From the human T2T-CHM13v2.0 reference genome, Homo sapiens: a stretch of DNA of 64,000 bases. Both the position numbers and the translations under genes were made by a program. The DNA lies in assembly GCF_009914755.1 (NCBI RefSeq), contig NC_060937.1; one strand, written 5' to 3'. The notes under the pieces were generated by a model. The model was not told the origin of the DNA. It saw only the letters and a program-made list of their open reading frames with translations, and searched no databases. Below are positions 1-14,445 of the stretch, piece after piece; positions within the stretch are counted from its first letter, which is position 1; each line of letters opens with the position of its first letter.

Positions 1-323
1 TGCTTGAAAACTATACTTAGTTATTTTCCTTCCCCCCCACTGAAAGTCTTTTTATTCATTGTCACCCAATACCTACCTGCTATATTAGGTTTTTTATAAA
101 CATTGTTAAAGCTTGGAAGATGGAGATTCTGCCTGTTTCAAAATTGTGATTTATTCATTAATGGAGATATTTTGAGAGTCTGTTTCCCTTGTCAAAGTAG
201 ATATGGTTTTTAAATGACCATGCTGCTCTAACTTTGACAAACAAGTAGGATCATTCATCATTATGGTATACATGTGCTGTTATGGACTACATAATGTTTT
301 GGTTGAAGTTTTATTTGCAAGCG

Positions 324-324
<1 letters not shown>

Positions 325-358
<34 letters not shown>
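325..358. repeat. (TG)n microsatellite
   Basis: About 17 TG units read directly. Confidence 0.95.
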
Positions 359-361
<3 letters not shown>

Positions 362-453
362 ATATATATCTTTATATCTCTCTAAAGATATGCCATAGTA
401 TATAACCCTAACGCCTCATATATGCATATGCACACTTATGAAATTAAATACCT

Positions 454-760
454 GGCTGGGTGTGGTATCTCACGCCTGTAATCCCAACACTTTGGGAGGC
501 CTAATCGGCGGATCTCCCAAGGTCAGGAGTTCAAGACTAGCCTGGCCAACATGGCGACACCACGTCTCTACTAAAAATACACAAATTAGCCAGGCGTGGT
601 GGCACAAGCCTGTAGTCCCAGCTACTCGAGAGGCTTGAGGCAGGAGAATCGCTTGAACCCAGGAAGTGGAGGTTGCAGTGAGCAGAGATCTTGCCGCTGC
701 ATTCCAGCTTGAGCAACAGAGCAAGATGCCATCTCAAAAAACAAACAAACACACAGAAAA
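454..760 (+). mobile_element. AluS element
   Basis: Dimeric Alu with A-rich tail; TSD gaaattaaatacct at 440-453 and 761-774. Confidence 0.95.
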
Positions 761-2954
761 GAAATTAAATACCTGACTGCAGTTCTAAATAAATAAAACA
801 AAATGCAGCTTTCAGTTCTGTGTTGATTTAATGCTTTGAGTAGCAGGAAAATTGTAAATGTCTTTGTTACTGAGAAAGAATGTAAATCATGCTTCAGACT
901 GGTTAACGTTTTTGATGTTGTTCAGATATCAAATACCATATGCCAATTCAGGTATTTGGCACATGGGTCTGGCATCCAATTGCTTATTTCATTTATGTTT
1001 TTTTCCCCCGGAAAAAAGTATGTACTTATTCATTCATATGAAACCTCCTTTCCCCCTCATTCCCTGACTCTATCCCTCCCTTCTTCCCTCCCTCCCTCAC
1101 TCCCCTCTTTCCTTCCTTCTTTCCTGTCATTCTTTTGTTTCTGCTATCTGCCTATTTTCTTTTGTTTTAATGACTACAGGTTCTAGTACCTAAGGTACCA
1201 ATTTATTGGTAAGAAACCAAATTACTTTTTGTAATGATGCCATTTAAAAGAACAACTTTCACTTACTGCCTTGTGAGAGAGGGGAAAAATACTATCTTTT
1301 TAATGCAAGAAAAGTTCAATATAACGTATCACCAAATGTAAATGCAATAAAGAATGACATTGAACTCTATGTTATTTGCCATTTAGCTTAGCAGTACCAA
1401 CATATTCCAGAAACTGAAATTTCTCTATTGCAGATAAAAAGAATAATAAACAGGGAAATCTATGCCATACATTTATGAAACAAATATTGTTTTCTTGGTT
1501 TTCAACTTGCTTGCAGAAATAATTATTTTAATATTGTAGTTCATTAGCCAGTATACGGTAGACATCCTCTACAGGAAAAACTAAACAAGATGATGATTAC
1601 AAAGGAGCAGGGGCTGAACTTATTTGTTCAAAATGAACATATGCACAACCTTAAGCATGCTCAAGTGTGTGCCAGGAAAACTACTACAAAGAATCAACGG
1701 ATGTAGTGAAATCTGCATCATCAGTGATTGTTTCTGAGCTTGGGAAAGGAGTCGTTGCCTATTTGGATCCTCTGCCTGACCCCAGAAGAAGCTGCTTTGC
1801 TTCAACATGTCCAGTGGAAATATTGCGGGAAAGTGGTTACACACTTACACTAATAAATACTAGGCACTGAAATCATTCTCCTGTAATAAGAATAGATGAA
1901 CATGACAAAGAAAATATTCCGCCAGAATTAGAGACTATTCCAATGCTGGCTGACTTGATGGGGAGAAAGGACTCATTCCCCTTCCCTCCTTACCGTTCCT
2001 TCCTCACCTAAATTATCACTTTATATTTACAATGAAGACTGCAGTGTTTCTCCCAACTTTCAAAGCTGTGTTTTTTTTTGGGGGGTGGGGGGCAGTGTGT
2101 ACCTCTTATGTAAAGCAATGGTGGTTTTAGTTTTCCACCTTTTGGTTGGCATTATCTTCAAACAAACGCTAAAACACGGGTAAGTGGAACCTTCTGATCC
2201 TCTTGTCTTTGTAAAGAACTTTAGTCAGTTCAAAATATATTGAGAAAATGAAAACCTATATTTTAAGGAATACTGCTTTTCGTCATTTTGCTAAGTGTTT
2301 AGAAAGAATAATTTATTGTCATACCAATAAAAGTGAGTGGAATTTGCACTTGCATTATCATTTTCCTGCAAGAATGGAAACGCCTATGGCACGGGGAGAA
2401 GCAGCATGAGGAACGCTGAAGAGATGGTGAGATGGCACATGGAGTGGCCTTACCACAGCAGAGGTAGATAAAGGTCAGAACAGACTCCTTCCTAGCCATT
2501 CCCTTAGAGGTCATCTGAATAAAATCACCCTGTGAGCTCTTCCTCAGGAATCACTTGCAGCCTCAATTCCTCTGCTTCTCGTCCCCCCAGCGCCATTGAA
2601 ATCTGTATTCCACCATTGGTTGGGATACCAAAGTGCTCATTTCTACAAGTGTTTCACAGTCAACAATTCCATGCAATTAATGTGTCTCCCCCGAGCCATT
2701 CACTTCCTCAGCTTGTGTCCCCAGAAAAGCACCATGTTTCCATACACTAAAATATGATGCCTATGTGTATGTATCTGTCCACATGTGAATGTATTTGCAT
2801 TTGCAGAAAAAAAAATTTTTAAAAAGGAACAAAAACGGGAGAATTTTGCATTTTTGGTGTTTTCTTTTTTTTGTATTTGCGCAGACCATTTTAAGATTTT
2901 CAGTCTCAACAAAACACTATTAAAACAAAGAATCTAGTAAAATATTGTGCATGT

Positions 2955-4805
2955 ACTGCTAAACAATTCTAGCAATTTTATTAAGCAATACCTTTATTAT
3001 TTTTGAATATTCTTAACAGACTGGAACGAAACATTTTTTTTCAAAACAAAATATGCATACTGTACGCATGTCGCAGGGTTAAGTATGATGCAGAGGTTAA
3101 AGTCTGTTTGAACAAAAACAAATGCCCGGGGAAATTTCATAGCTATAAAGTTAATAACTAAATTTTGTTCACTAAGAGGACCTTTTCTATGGATTTCCTT
3201 CATCTCTCAGTCACACTGCAAACTTATCTGAAGTGCACTTCCCAAGTGTAGTTAGAGAATAGGAAGGAATGTAAAATTTTTTTTTAATTATTTGTTTTGT
3301 TTGTTTGTTTGTTTTTTTAAAAACAGCCCTTATTAACTCTTCCTTCCACTGATTCTACTGTAAACTCATAAAAGCCTTTTATAGAAAGCAAATTCATGTA
3401 CACTCAGCAGGTGAAATGTTCCCACAAAGAAAATAAAATACAAACAGTGATCAGACCTCTTTTCCTCAACTACCTAGAGCATGTTAGAGTGATAAAGTTT
3501 TTGCACGTTAATAAAAATGGCTGACCTATTTATTTTTTAAAAAAGAAGTTGTTCCTCTGTGATAATGCAGAATTGCATACACTGTATACCTGGAATAATT
3601 TTAAACCATATGTTAGGGAAATACTGGAATAAAATTGTGTATATTCTGTATATTGCAGGTGTTTGAGCATTTCTAGTGTCTCTTCCACAACAATAAGGGA
3701 GGAAAAGAAGTCCAGATATGTGTCCGCAATCCCTTTGTTCCCTGTAATTACAATGGCCAAAATGTGCTCCTATATTACTGCAACAGAACAAAAATCACAA
3801 TGAAAGCCCACCTTCATTGTCAAAAGAAAAACTTCCTCACTCCCCGCATCCTGATTCTAGATAGCTGCTCCTGTCCAACTGGACCAGCAAGAAAGGGCTG
3901 GGCCACTTGGGGATGGGAACTGGAGCAATACAGTTCATGATAGTTTTTTTTAATTTTTTCCTTTTATTTTGTTTTCAACATAAAAATGTGTTAACTGTCT
4001 GATTCCACCTATTATGGAGAGCACTTGTTTGTTCAGCTAAAAAGGAACTCTTGTCAGGCCCCCTTGGCTCTGCTCTGTTTCTGGTTTGTGCAACAGGGGC
4101 TCAGAGGCCCATCAAGCGTGCACACCCATTCACTGTGGTTACACAGACAGAAGCAAGCGGATGTTGTTTGCTTAGGGGACGAGAAGAGGGCGAGGGAAAG
4201 GAAAGGCCGGGAAGGGTGTTGTTGGTTCTGTGGGTAGAAGGGAGACTTAGGGATTTTTTTTATTTTTATTTTTTGTTGTTTTCTTTTTTTTGTCTTTTTT
4301 ATTTTTTATTCTTTTTTTGTTGTTGTTTTTTGCTATACCATGAGGTCATAGCAATCATTCCTCTAATAGAAGCTGACAGGACATAAAGACAGAACTATCT
4401 GATGAACACACACAATGACTAGAAATATATAGAGAGATAGAGACAGTGAAAAGACTTAGTTTACCTCTGAGAAACCATCCCCCAAAATAAATCCTGTATT
4501 AACAAGTGCAAAAAATAAACAAACAAATAAACCCAAACCAAAACGAAAGCAAATAAAACCTCCAAACATTAAAACACAGTGTATAAAATGGTGTGAGAAA
4601 TTTAAAGTCACTTTCCAGCCTTTTAGTCAATAAAAAGCTGTGGTTGTGTCCTTGTTTGGATTCAGGCCCATCTGTTTAAATTTTACCCTAAAGGCCTTGC
4701 AATAAGTAATTCGAGGGTAAAAGCACCCAGTTTCTGTTACATGAGACAGCAGTTGCCATTTTTCACGGCGGGCCAGCTGCTGCTGTGGTGACACTCGTCC
4801 TTCCG
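2955..4805 (-). other. NALF1: NALF1 3'UTR (to a candidate proximal poly(A) site; longer isoforms may extend past the window start)
   Basis: Follows the stop codon; free of interspersed repeats; U-rich and A-rich blocks. The 3' end is inferred from AATAAA hexamers. Confidence 0.7.
2977..2998 (-). terminator. Tandem AATAAA polyadenylation signals
   Basis: Plus-strand tttatt at 2977-2982 and 2993-2998, followed on the minus strand by U/GU-rich TTCTTTGTTTTAATAGTGTTTTGTTG (~2932-2907). Confidence 0.5.
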
Positions 4806-5095
4806 TTACTCCTCATTGGTTGAGTTTTCTTCCAGCGTGTTGATGCCTCCAAAGCTCAGTCCGGCTGTGTTCTGTGCTGCCGAGGCTGTGAGCACTGTGT
4901 GTAAGAGAATCAGTACAAGAACACACAGCTTGAGTCTGCTGTTGCACAGTCTTGTTGCTGATGACACTGTGAGCGATGTCCTGTGACAGGAGCCACTTTT
5001 CTCTACGGTCCCTTTGGATGGGTTATTTGATTTTTCTTCTCTCCTGACGTCACAGCATTCTGGTTCATCATTGGTTAGAAAGGTTTCATAAAGCC
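4806..5095 (-). CDS. NALF1: NALF1/FAM155A last coding exon (C-terminal 95 aa + stop)
   Basis: Minus strand reads polypyrimidine tract + CTACAG|GG, then [98 protein letters not shown] (stop 4808-4806). Recognised as the FAM155A C-terminus with its hydrophobic segment. Phase matches the upstream exon (G|GG = Gly). Not in the ORF track because it has no start codon. Confidence 0.96.
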
Positions 5096-6149
5096 CTGTA
5101 GGAAGAAGGAAGTAGAGTGTCAGCAGGAAGGAAATACATTTGCGACATAGTAGAGTGAAGCTGTTGCTTTAACATTCTAACCCACAAAATCTTACAGGCA
5201 ATTAGACATTTATTTAAAGGAAAATCAAGTCAATGCAATTGGATAAAGAGTCACCCATGGTCTCAAACCAGTATTGTTAGATTCCTCAAGTTGTTCTTTT
5301 ATATTCCTGCCAGTCATACCATGAAAGTTCTGGGTTGTTGGGAATACAGAATAGAAGATTTCATTAAGTCAAAATCAGAACTTGAGGTTCCGGATCAACT
5401 TGGATATCAAGTACATGCAGTCATCCTTTCTTCTTTCACAGGAATGTGACCAATTGATGCACTGCGTAAACTGACATTAGCTAGTTATGCTGAGTGAAAT
5501 AAGCAACAGATCATAACGTCATAGCTCTAGGAACCATGTTATCATCGTTTCCTCTCAGAAGCCTCATCAAGTCTTCTCTCCCCCTCTCTGGGAGAATGGG
5601 CAAAACCATCTATATGTCCAGTGGGTGATCGGGTCATTTTGATTTATTTTCTAAACATTTCTCTTATTTTTCTCCATTTTCTCCATTTGCTTTCTACAGA
5701 AGTCTGCCTCAGTTGAGGCTTCATTATCTTTTGCTGGGACCATCACAGAAGGAGTCTCTCTGCTGTTCATCTTCTTATTTGATCTGTCCTCCAATTGTGC
5801 CTATCAGGAATTGTCTGTCTCTCTCCGCTTCTCTTGTTCTCTCTTCACTTTCTTCCTCCTTGCTGAAACTCTTCCTTCCCTTTTTGTCTTCTTCCTCTGA
5901 TAACACACATTGTTCTTATTTTAAAATTGACAGATGCATATTTTAAAACTTTGGAAGTGGTGAAAAGAATAAAGCAACTGTGTATCTACAATCTTTCCAA
6001 TCCTTTACCTTGCTGTATTACATAGAATATTTTTATGCAAGCTATATAAGTCATAGTGTATTTTTTTTCTACTTGACTGAACCATTTATCCTGGGTGTTA
6101 GAATGAACTTTCTACACAAATTTTGTCATATTAATGTCATGCATGAAAA

Positions 6150-6730
6150 ACTTAAAAATGGGGATAATAGTAGAGTTGTTGTAAGGATTACATGAGATTT
6201 TTCATGTCACATGCTTGGTTCAGTGCCTAGCACATAGAAATAACATGAAAATTTGGGCTGCTGTGAATAACAATAGTTATCAATGGTATCTCATTGCTTC
6301 AACCTAAACAATAAAATCTAAAGGTCTCTCCTCTCTCTCCAGGCTCACTGCTCAATGTTCCCGCAATCCTGAAGCATTGGCTCTTCCCAGAGCACCCAAG
6401 CCTGTACCACTCGCCAAGCTACTGTTTCTTCCTAAAATGTCCTCCACCAATTCCTCTACATACTTCTCATTTATCCTTCAAATGCGGTTCAAGTGAAACT
6501 CCCTGTATGAAGCTTGTACTCATACCCCTGGGCTATTAGCATTTTGCTTAACTCTTAATTATAGCAATTATTCTTATTTTTCTTGTAATCACAATTGCTC
6601 ATTTTAATTTCAATTTTCTTACTTATCTGTCAATTTAAAAGCATAAACTATACATTCTTAGTTTTGTATTCCCAATATGTAGCAGAATGCCTGAGCAGAA
6701 TACTTAATAAGCATTTATTGCATGAATAAA
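6150..6730. mobile_element. Degraded MIR and L2 fragments
   Basis: MIR core-like aaaatggggataatagtagagttgttgtaaggatt; L2 3'-end-like cagaatgcctg...cttaataagcatttattgcatgaataaa. Confidence 0.6.
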
Positions 6731-8633
6731 CTCAGTATACCTATTTATTTAATTAAAAATAATCTCAAATAATATACACTTCAATCTTCATTTTCTTTTA
6801 AAGAAATGAACAAGATATCCTTATAATGATGCTTACAATATTCATTTCTTCTTAGGCATTCAAAGGTAAACTTCACCTTCGCCTAGGTAGAATATAAAAA
6901 AAAACTGAATTAATGAGGTCTTCAGCTCTGACATTTTTATTGTATGATATTTTCTTTTTTCATATAAGATATCTCACTGCTAGACTAATCATTTATTGAA
7001 ATATACGTTTCCAATACTACATTCTACAACAAAAGGAGTTTACAATAAGATTATAAAAATAGAAATCTAGAAGTCCTTTAGATCAACATTTTAGAATGCT
7101 AATAATCAGAATATATTTAACAATGTTAGGTAAATAAGAAGCTCTTCCAAACTTGCTCAGAAACTGGTTTGCTGATCTACAACTACAGTCATCGCAGAAA
7201 AAAAAATGGAAGCAGTTCATTCAGGCCAATAAATGAACCCTTCTTTTTGTCTGGCACAATTAATATTCTTTCTTTTTTCTCTCCTGTCCATCTTTTTAAC
7301 AAGTTTTTACTCAAATTTATGAATAACATGCATCTATATTAAGATAAAATAATTCCACAGAGTATTTTACAAAATAACAAAAAAAATCCTCCACCTCCCA
7401 CATCTCAAATTCTTCTTTCTCAAAGGCAAATATTTGCATATCTTTCAGCTGCTTTGTATTTAGCTGCATTTCTGAGAATAACATGTTTTATGCTCTTCTT
7501 GATTTTTCATTTTTAGCATTATCTGTAGATTCCCCTCAGGAAGTGTGGAGATAAAACATTTATTCTCCTCCTCCCTCCAGCAAACATGCTTCCCCCCAAA
7601 CCCTCACCCATTCCTCCATAAATAGTAACTTTGATACCTGCTGTTCCATTTACAGTATAAGGATGACATAAATGTAATTCTTAGCTCAACCATGTAGTAA
7701 AGTCCAATTTTCTATCCCTATACCACTTCGTTTTTTTTTCTACAGATAATACTTGTCTTGTTATTTTCCCTCTTCTAACTCATTCAACCCAAATGCATTG
7801 CCAGTTCTTTCAGCTGCATGAAGTGTTCTATCAGTTCTTTTCTGAAGAAATATCTCCTGCAGCCTCCCACCATCTGGACTGGTTGCCGTCATGCCTGATG
7901 AGTCTCCACTGCTCCGTGCACTGCAGTGCTGGATCCCCTGTTCCCTGTATCCTGTGCCTCATCCCCTTCTTTCTCCTTTTGAGGGTTTACAACCTCTAGT
8001 GTCTTCAGTAGGAAAAGCTCATGAGGGCGAATTTCCAAGATGCCATATGCCTTAAAGTGTGTTTATTCTACCTCATATTTAATTGATTGTTTGGCTGGGT
8101 ATGGAATTCTAATTTAGAAATGATCGTTCTTCAGATTTATTCAAGCACTGGTCCTATGTTTGGCTGTTGGACCTTCAGAACTTGTCCTTTAATTTTCTTA
8201 CCTCTGCTGTTAATATTTCATATTACTTCATCCCTTAACTCTGCTTTCAGGGAATTTGGTGAGTTTTCACGTGACATAATTTCACTGAATTTTGCTTTTT
8301 TCCCTAGGATCAAGTTCCAAGAGCTCCTTTGTGTTATCCGAATGTTGCTTTTCGAAGCAACTGTTCTTATTTTATGGTTACCATGTTTATGTTTTTCTCA
8401 CTCTGAGATATTTGGGGTACGCTTATTTGTTGTGTTTCATTCCCTCCCTGAATAAATTCCCTCCATTTTCTCTGTGTTGCCACCCTTTTGTGTTTGTTTG
8501 TCCCTTGTTCTTCTCATGGAAACACCATGCATTCCTAGTTGTCTGCACAAAATAACAAGCACAGGAAGTCTGGGCACCTAAGGAGGGCTGCGGCCTGTGA
8601 GCTGCACGTGAGATGACATGCCTGAACTGTTAG

Positions 8634-8958
<325 letters not shown>

Positions 8959-8977
8959 AGGATGGAGGAACTTTTGA

Positions 8978-9486
<509 letters not shown>

Positions 9487-10659
9487 CAACCTTTTCTTTA
9501 TCATCTCAAAAAGAAAAAGTTCCCTCCAGGAAGAAATATGCCCCCAGTCTCTGGGATGGGAGTAGGCAATGGGATTTGGGGACCTGACTGCCTCTTAAAA
9601 CTGACTTCCACCCAGTCTTCCTTATTTTGCTCTTTCTTCCATTGCATCTCGTGTTGTCAATACCTGACTCTGGATGTAAATCGAACTGACTCTGTTTCCT
9701 CTCTGCTACTTCATATTACTTTTTCTAAGTTTCAGCAAATCTGTTAGCATGCATCAACTTTCTAATTTCTAAGAGGTTTTGATTATTGTCTCCTTACCTA
9801 TTCTTTGATTCTTTTGGATTTATGCCATAAAACAATGTCTTTTTGGTTGGGACTGCCTAGAAAATTTTCCAGCTCTTTTTTCTACATCATTCTTCTCTGA
9901 CTTGAATTCTGACAGATGCCTTTTTCTCTGTCAAATGCATTTCTGAATAAGCAAGGACATGCAGCCTTCTAAGGCCATTATTTCTTTGCCTTATATAGAG
10001 TCAGTAGGTCACATAAGCAGATCAATGACACCCTTGGGACCTGGGGGCACAGACTCCTCCAGTTGGCAGTGCTACCTACAGATGGTTTCACCCTGCATTC
10101 CTCCCGGACACTGCCCTTGGTTGAAGTTAGCAGTCTTGACCTATTTCTCAGGCCCTAGGCAGCCTCCTAACGATGTACAGGTCCCAAGGCTGGGTCCACT
10201 TGACTCAAGTCAAGGCATCTCTCAAGGGCCATCCCAGCTTCAGATTTTTTTCCCTCTACCAAATTTCTCCTTCTTCACCCCCTCATAGGTAGCATGCCTG
10301 AGAGTTCTCCCGCAAAAACCACCTGCACACAACCTGCTGGGACAAATTTCCTAGGAAAGCCTACCTACAGAAATGACCTTTTCCTCAGCATTGAAGAAAT
10401 TATAAAAACATATTTCCAAACAAAAATAATTTCTCAAACAAGAACCTCCTTGCACAAACAAGTACAATTGCACTAATTAGCATTAGGAAAAAACAAAAGC
10501 AAATTTTCCAGGTAGTGAAATGTTGTTCTGATATATTTTGCTTATAAGCTGTTCTATTTGAAATCTCTAGTGAATCATTACCTGCTGTTTGACATTACAG
10601 TACCAACCTCACAGTTTTTTTTTTTTTTTTTTTTTTTTGAGAATTAAATAATACACATG

Positions 10660-11020
<361 letters not shown>

Positions 11021-11628
11021 TTAATTACTCATGTTGTAAGTAGAGATAAATACTAAAATCAGAATTCATTATCAGGGGAATTCCTACCTAGAGGAATCAG
11101 GCAAGAGAAAGAAGAGCATTCAATTTGACTTATTGGAAAAGAATAAGTCAAATTATTCTTTGCTGCAGATGATATAATTTTGTTTGTTTTTAAATTTATT
11201 TAAATTTATTTTTATTTTTCTTATATTAATTATCATCCAGCCCCAAATGTCATAATTTCATATATGGGAAAAACTAAAAACTCCACCAAAAAACTGTTAG
11301 AACTAATAAACAAATTCAGTAAAGTTACAGGATACAACATCAACATACAAAAATCGGTAACATTTCTATATGTCAACAGTGAAAAATCTGAAAAAGAAAT
11401 AAAGAAAGTTATCCCATTTATGATAGCTACAAATAAAAGAAAATATCTATGACTTAACTAAAAAAGTGAAAGATCTCTACAGTAAAAACTATGCAACATT
11501 GATGAAAGAAAGAGGACACAAAAAAATGGAAAGATATTCCATGTTCATGGATTGGAAGAATCAGTATTGTTAAAATGTCCATACTACCCAAAGCAAGCTA
11601 CAGATTCAATGCAATCCCTATAAAAAAA

Positions 11629-11655
11629 TTAGGTTGGTGCAGAAGTAATTGCAGT
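11629..11655 (+). mobile_element. MADE1/Hsmar1 terminal inverted repeat fragment inside L1
   Basis: ttaggttggtgcagaagtaattgcagt matches the MADE1 TIR TTAGGTTGGTGCAAAAGTAATTGCGGT. Confidence 0.8.
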
Positions 11656-12066
11656 AATACCAATAATGTTCTTCACAGAAATAGAACAAATAATTCTAAA
11701 ATTTATATGGAACCACAAAAGGCCCAGAATAGCCAAAGTTATCCTTAGCAAAAAGAACAAAACTAGAGGAATAACATTATCTGACTTCAAATTGTACTGC
11801 AGAGGTACAGTCACCAAAACAGCATGATATTAACATACAAAGACACATAGACCAATGGAACAGAATAGAGAACCCAAAAACAAATCCACACATCTACAGT
11901 GAAGTCATTTTCGACAAAGGTGGCAAATACATATGTTGGGGGAAAGGACAGACTCTTCAATAAATGGTGCCAGGAAAACTAGATATCCATATGCAGAAGA
12001 ATGAAACTAGACTCCTATTTCTTGCCATATACGAAAATCAAATCAAAGTGTTTTAAAGACTTAAGG

Positions 12067-12353
<287 letters not shown>

Positions 12354-12960
12354 AGATGACTTAAAGACTTAAATCTAATATCTCAAACTACGAAATTACT
12401 AAAAGAAAACACTAGGGAAAGTCTCCAGGATGTTGCTCTAGGCAAAAATTTCTTGAGTAATACTCTACAAGCACAGGCAACCAAAGCAAAAATGGACAAA
12501 TGAGATCACACCAAGTTAAAACGTTTCTGCATAGCAAAGAAAATAATCAACAAAACGAAGAGACAGCCCACAGAATGGAAGAAAACATTTGAAGAATACT
12601 CATTTGGAAAGGGCTTAATAAGCAGAATACATAAGGGGCTGAAACAATTCCACAGGAAAACATCTAATAATTCAATTTAAAAATTGGCAAAAGATCTGAA
12701 TAGACATTTCTCAAAAGGAGACATACAAATGGCAAACAGGTATATGAAGAAGTGCTCAACACAATTGATCATCAGAGAAATGCAAATCAAAGCTACAATG
12801 AAATATCATCTCACCACAGTTAAAATGGCTTTTATCCAAAACACAGGCAATAACAAATGCTGGTGAGGTTGTGGGGAAAAGGGAACACTGTTTGTGGGAA
12901 TGAAAAGTAGTACAGTCACTATGGAGAAAAGTATGGAGGTTCCTCAGAAAACTAAAAATA

Positions 12961-13274
<314 letters not shown>

Positions 13275-13989
13275 TAGAGCTACCATATGATCCATCAATC
13301 CTAGTGCTAGTTTTATGTCCACAGAAAGGAGATCAGGATACGGAAGAGATACCTGCACTCCCACGTTTATTGTGGCACTATTCGCAATAGCCAAGATTTG
13401 GAAGCAACCTAAGCATCCATTGACAGATAAATGGGTAGAGAAAATGTGGTACATATACTTCATGGAGTACTATTCAGCCATAAAAAGGAATGAGATCCTG
13501 GTCATTTACAACAATATAGATGGAAATGGAGGTCATTATGTTAAGTGAAATAAGCCAGGCACAGAAAGAAAAACTTTGTATGTTCTCGCCTACTTGTGAG
13601 ACCTAAAAAATTAAAACGATTGAACTCATGGAGATAGAAAATAGAATAATGTTTACTATAGGCTGGGAAGGGTAGTGGGGGGTTGGTAGTGGGGATGGCT
13701 AATGAGTGCAAAAATATAGTTAGATAGAATGAGTATGATCTAGTATTTGTTAATACAACAGGGTAACTACAGTCAACAATGATGTATTGTACAGTTTAAC
13801 TAAAAGAGTATAATTGGATTGTTTGTAACATAAAGAAAGAATAAATACTTGAGGGGGTGGGTACCCCATTTACCCTGATGTGTTTATTACACATCTTATG
13901 CCTGTATCAAGATATCTCAATAATGTTATACCTATTATGTACCCACAAAAGTTAAAAATGTTTTGAAAACTAAAAAAAAAAAAAAAACC

Positions 13990-14328
13990 ACAGCAGAATA
14001 TTTTCTGAGTTCTAGAGGCTGGAAGTCTGAGATCAAGGTGTGGGCAGGGCTATGCTCCCTCTGGGGCTCAAGGGGAGGATTCTTCCTGGGCCCTTCCCAG
14101 TCACTGGTGGCTACCACCTATTCCTGGAGCTTCTTGGCTGGCAGGCATCATTCCAGCTGCTGCTTCTGTCCCCACGTGGCCTTCCCTACATGTCTCGGTG
14201 TCTTTGCTGTTCTTATAACGCACCAGCATATTGGATCCCAGGCCCACCGCAATCTAGTATGGCCTCATTTTAACTTAATGAATTCCATGTACAAAGACTC
14301 TATTTTCAAATAAGCTCATATTTTGAGG
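13990..14328 (-). mobile_element. MLT1 (ERVL-MaLR) LTR fragment
   Basis: ttctagaggctggaagtctgagatcaaggtgtgggcagggc...aagactctattttcaaataag. Confidence 0.8.
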
Positions 14329-14445
14329 ATACCCCATTTAGCCTGATGAGATTATTATGCATTATATGCTTGTATCAAAATATCTCATGTACCCCATAAA
14401 TATACAGACCTACTATGTATCCACAAAACTTTAAAAATAAAATAT
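14329..14445 (+). mobile_element. Second L1MA 3'-terminal fragment
   Basis: taccccatttagcctgatg...tatctcatgtaccccataaatatac...ccacaaaa plus A-rich end. Confidence 0.8.

Noticed and set aside
438-752. Alu-derived ORFs (also at 8.7-9.4, 20.7, 26.0, 35.7 and 43.5 kb)
   Set aside because: Typical Alu translation products.
10615-10642. T24 + gaga as a severely truncated Alu
   Set aside because: Only 4 informative bases and no TSD; cannot be told apart from a plain poly-T.
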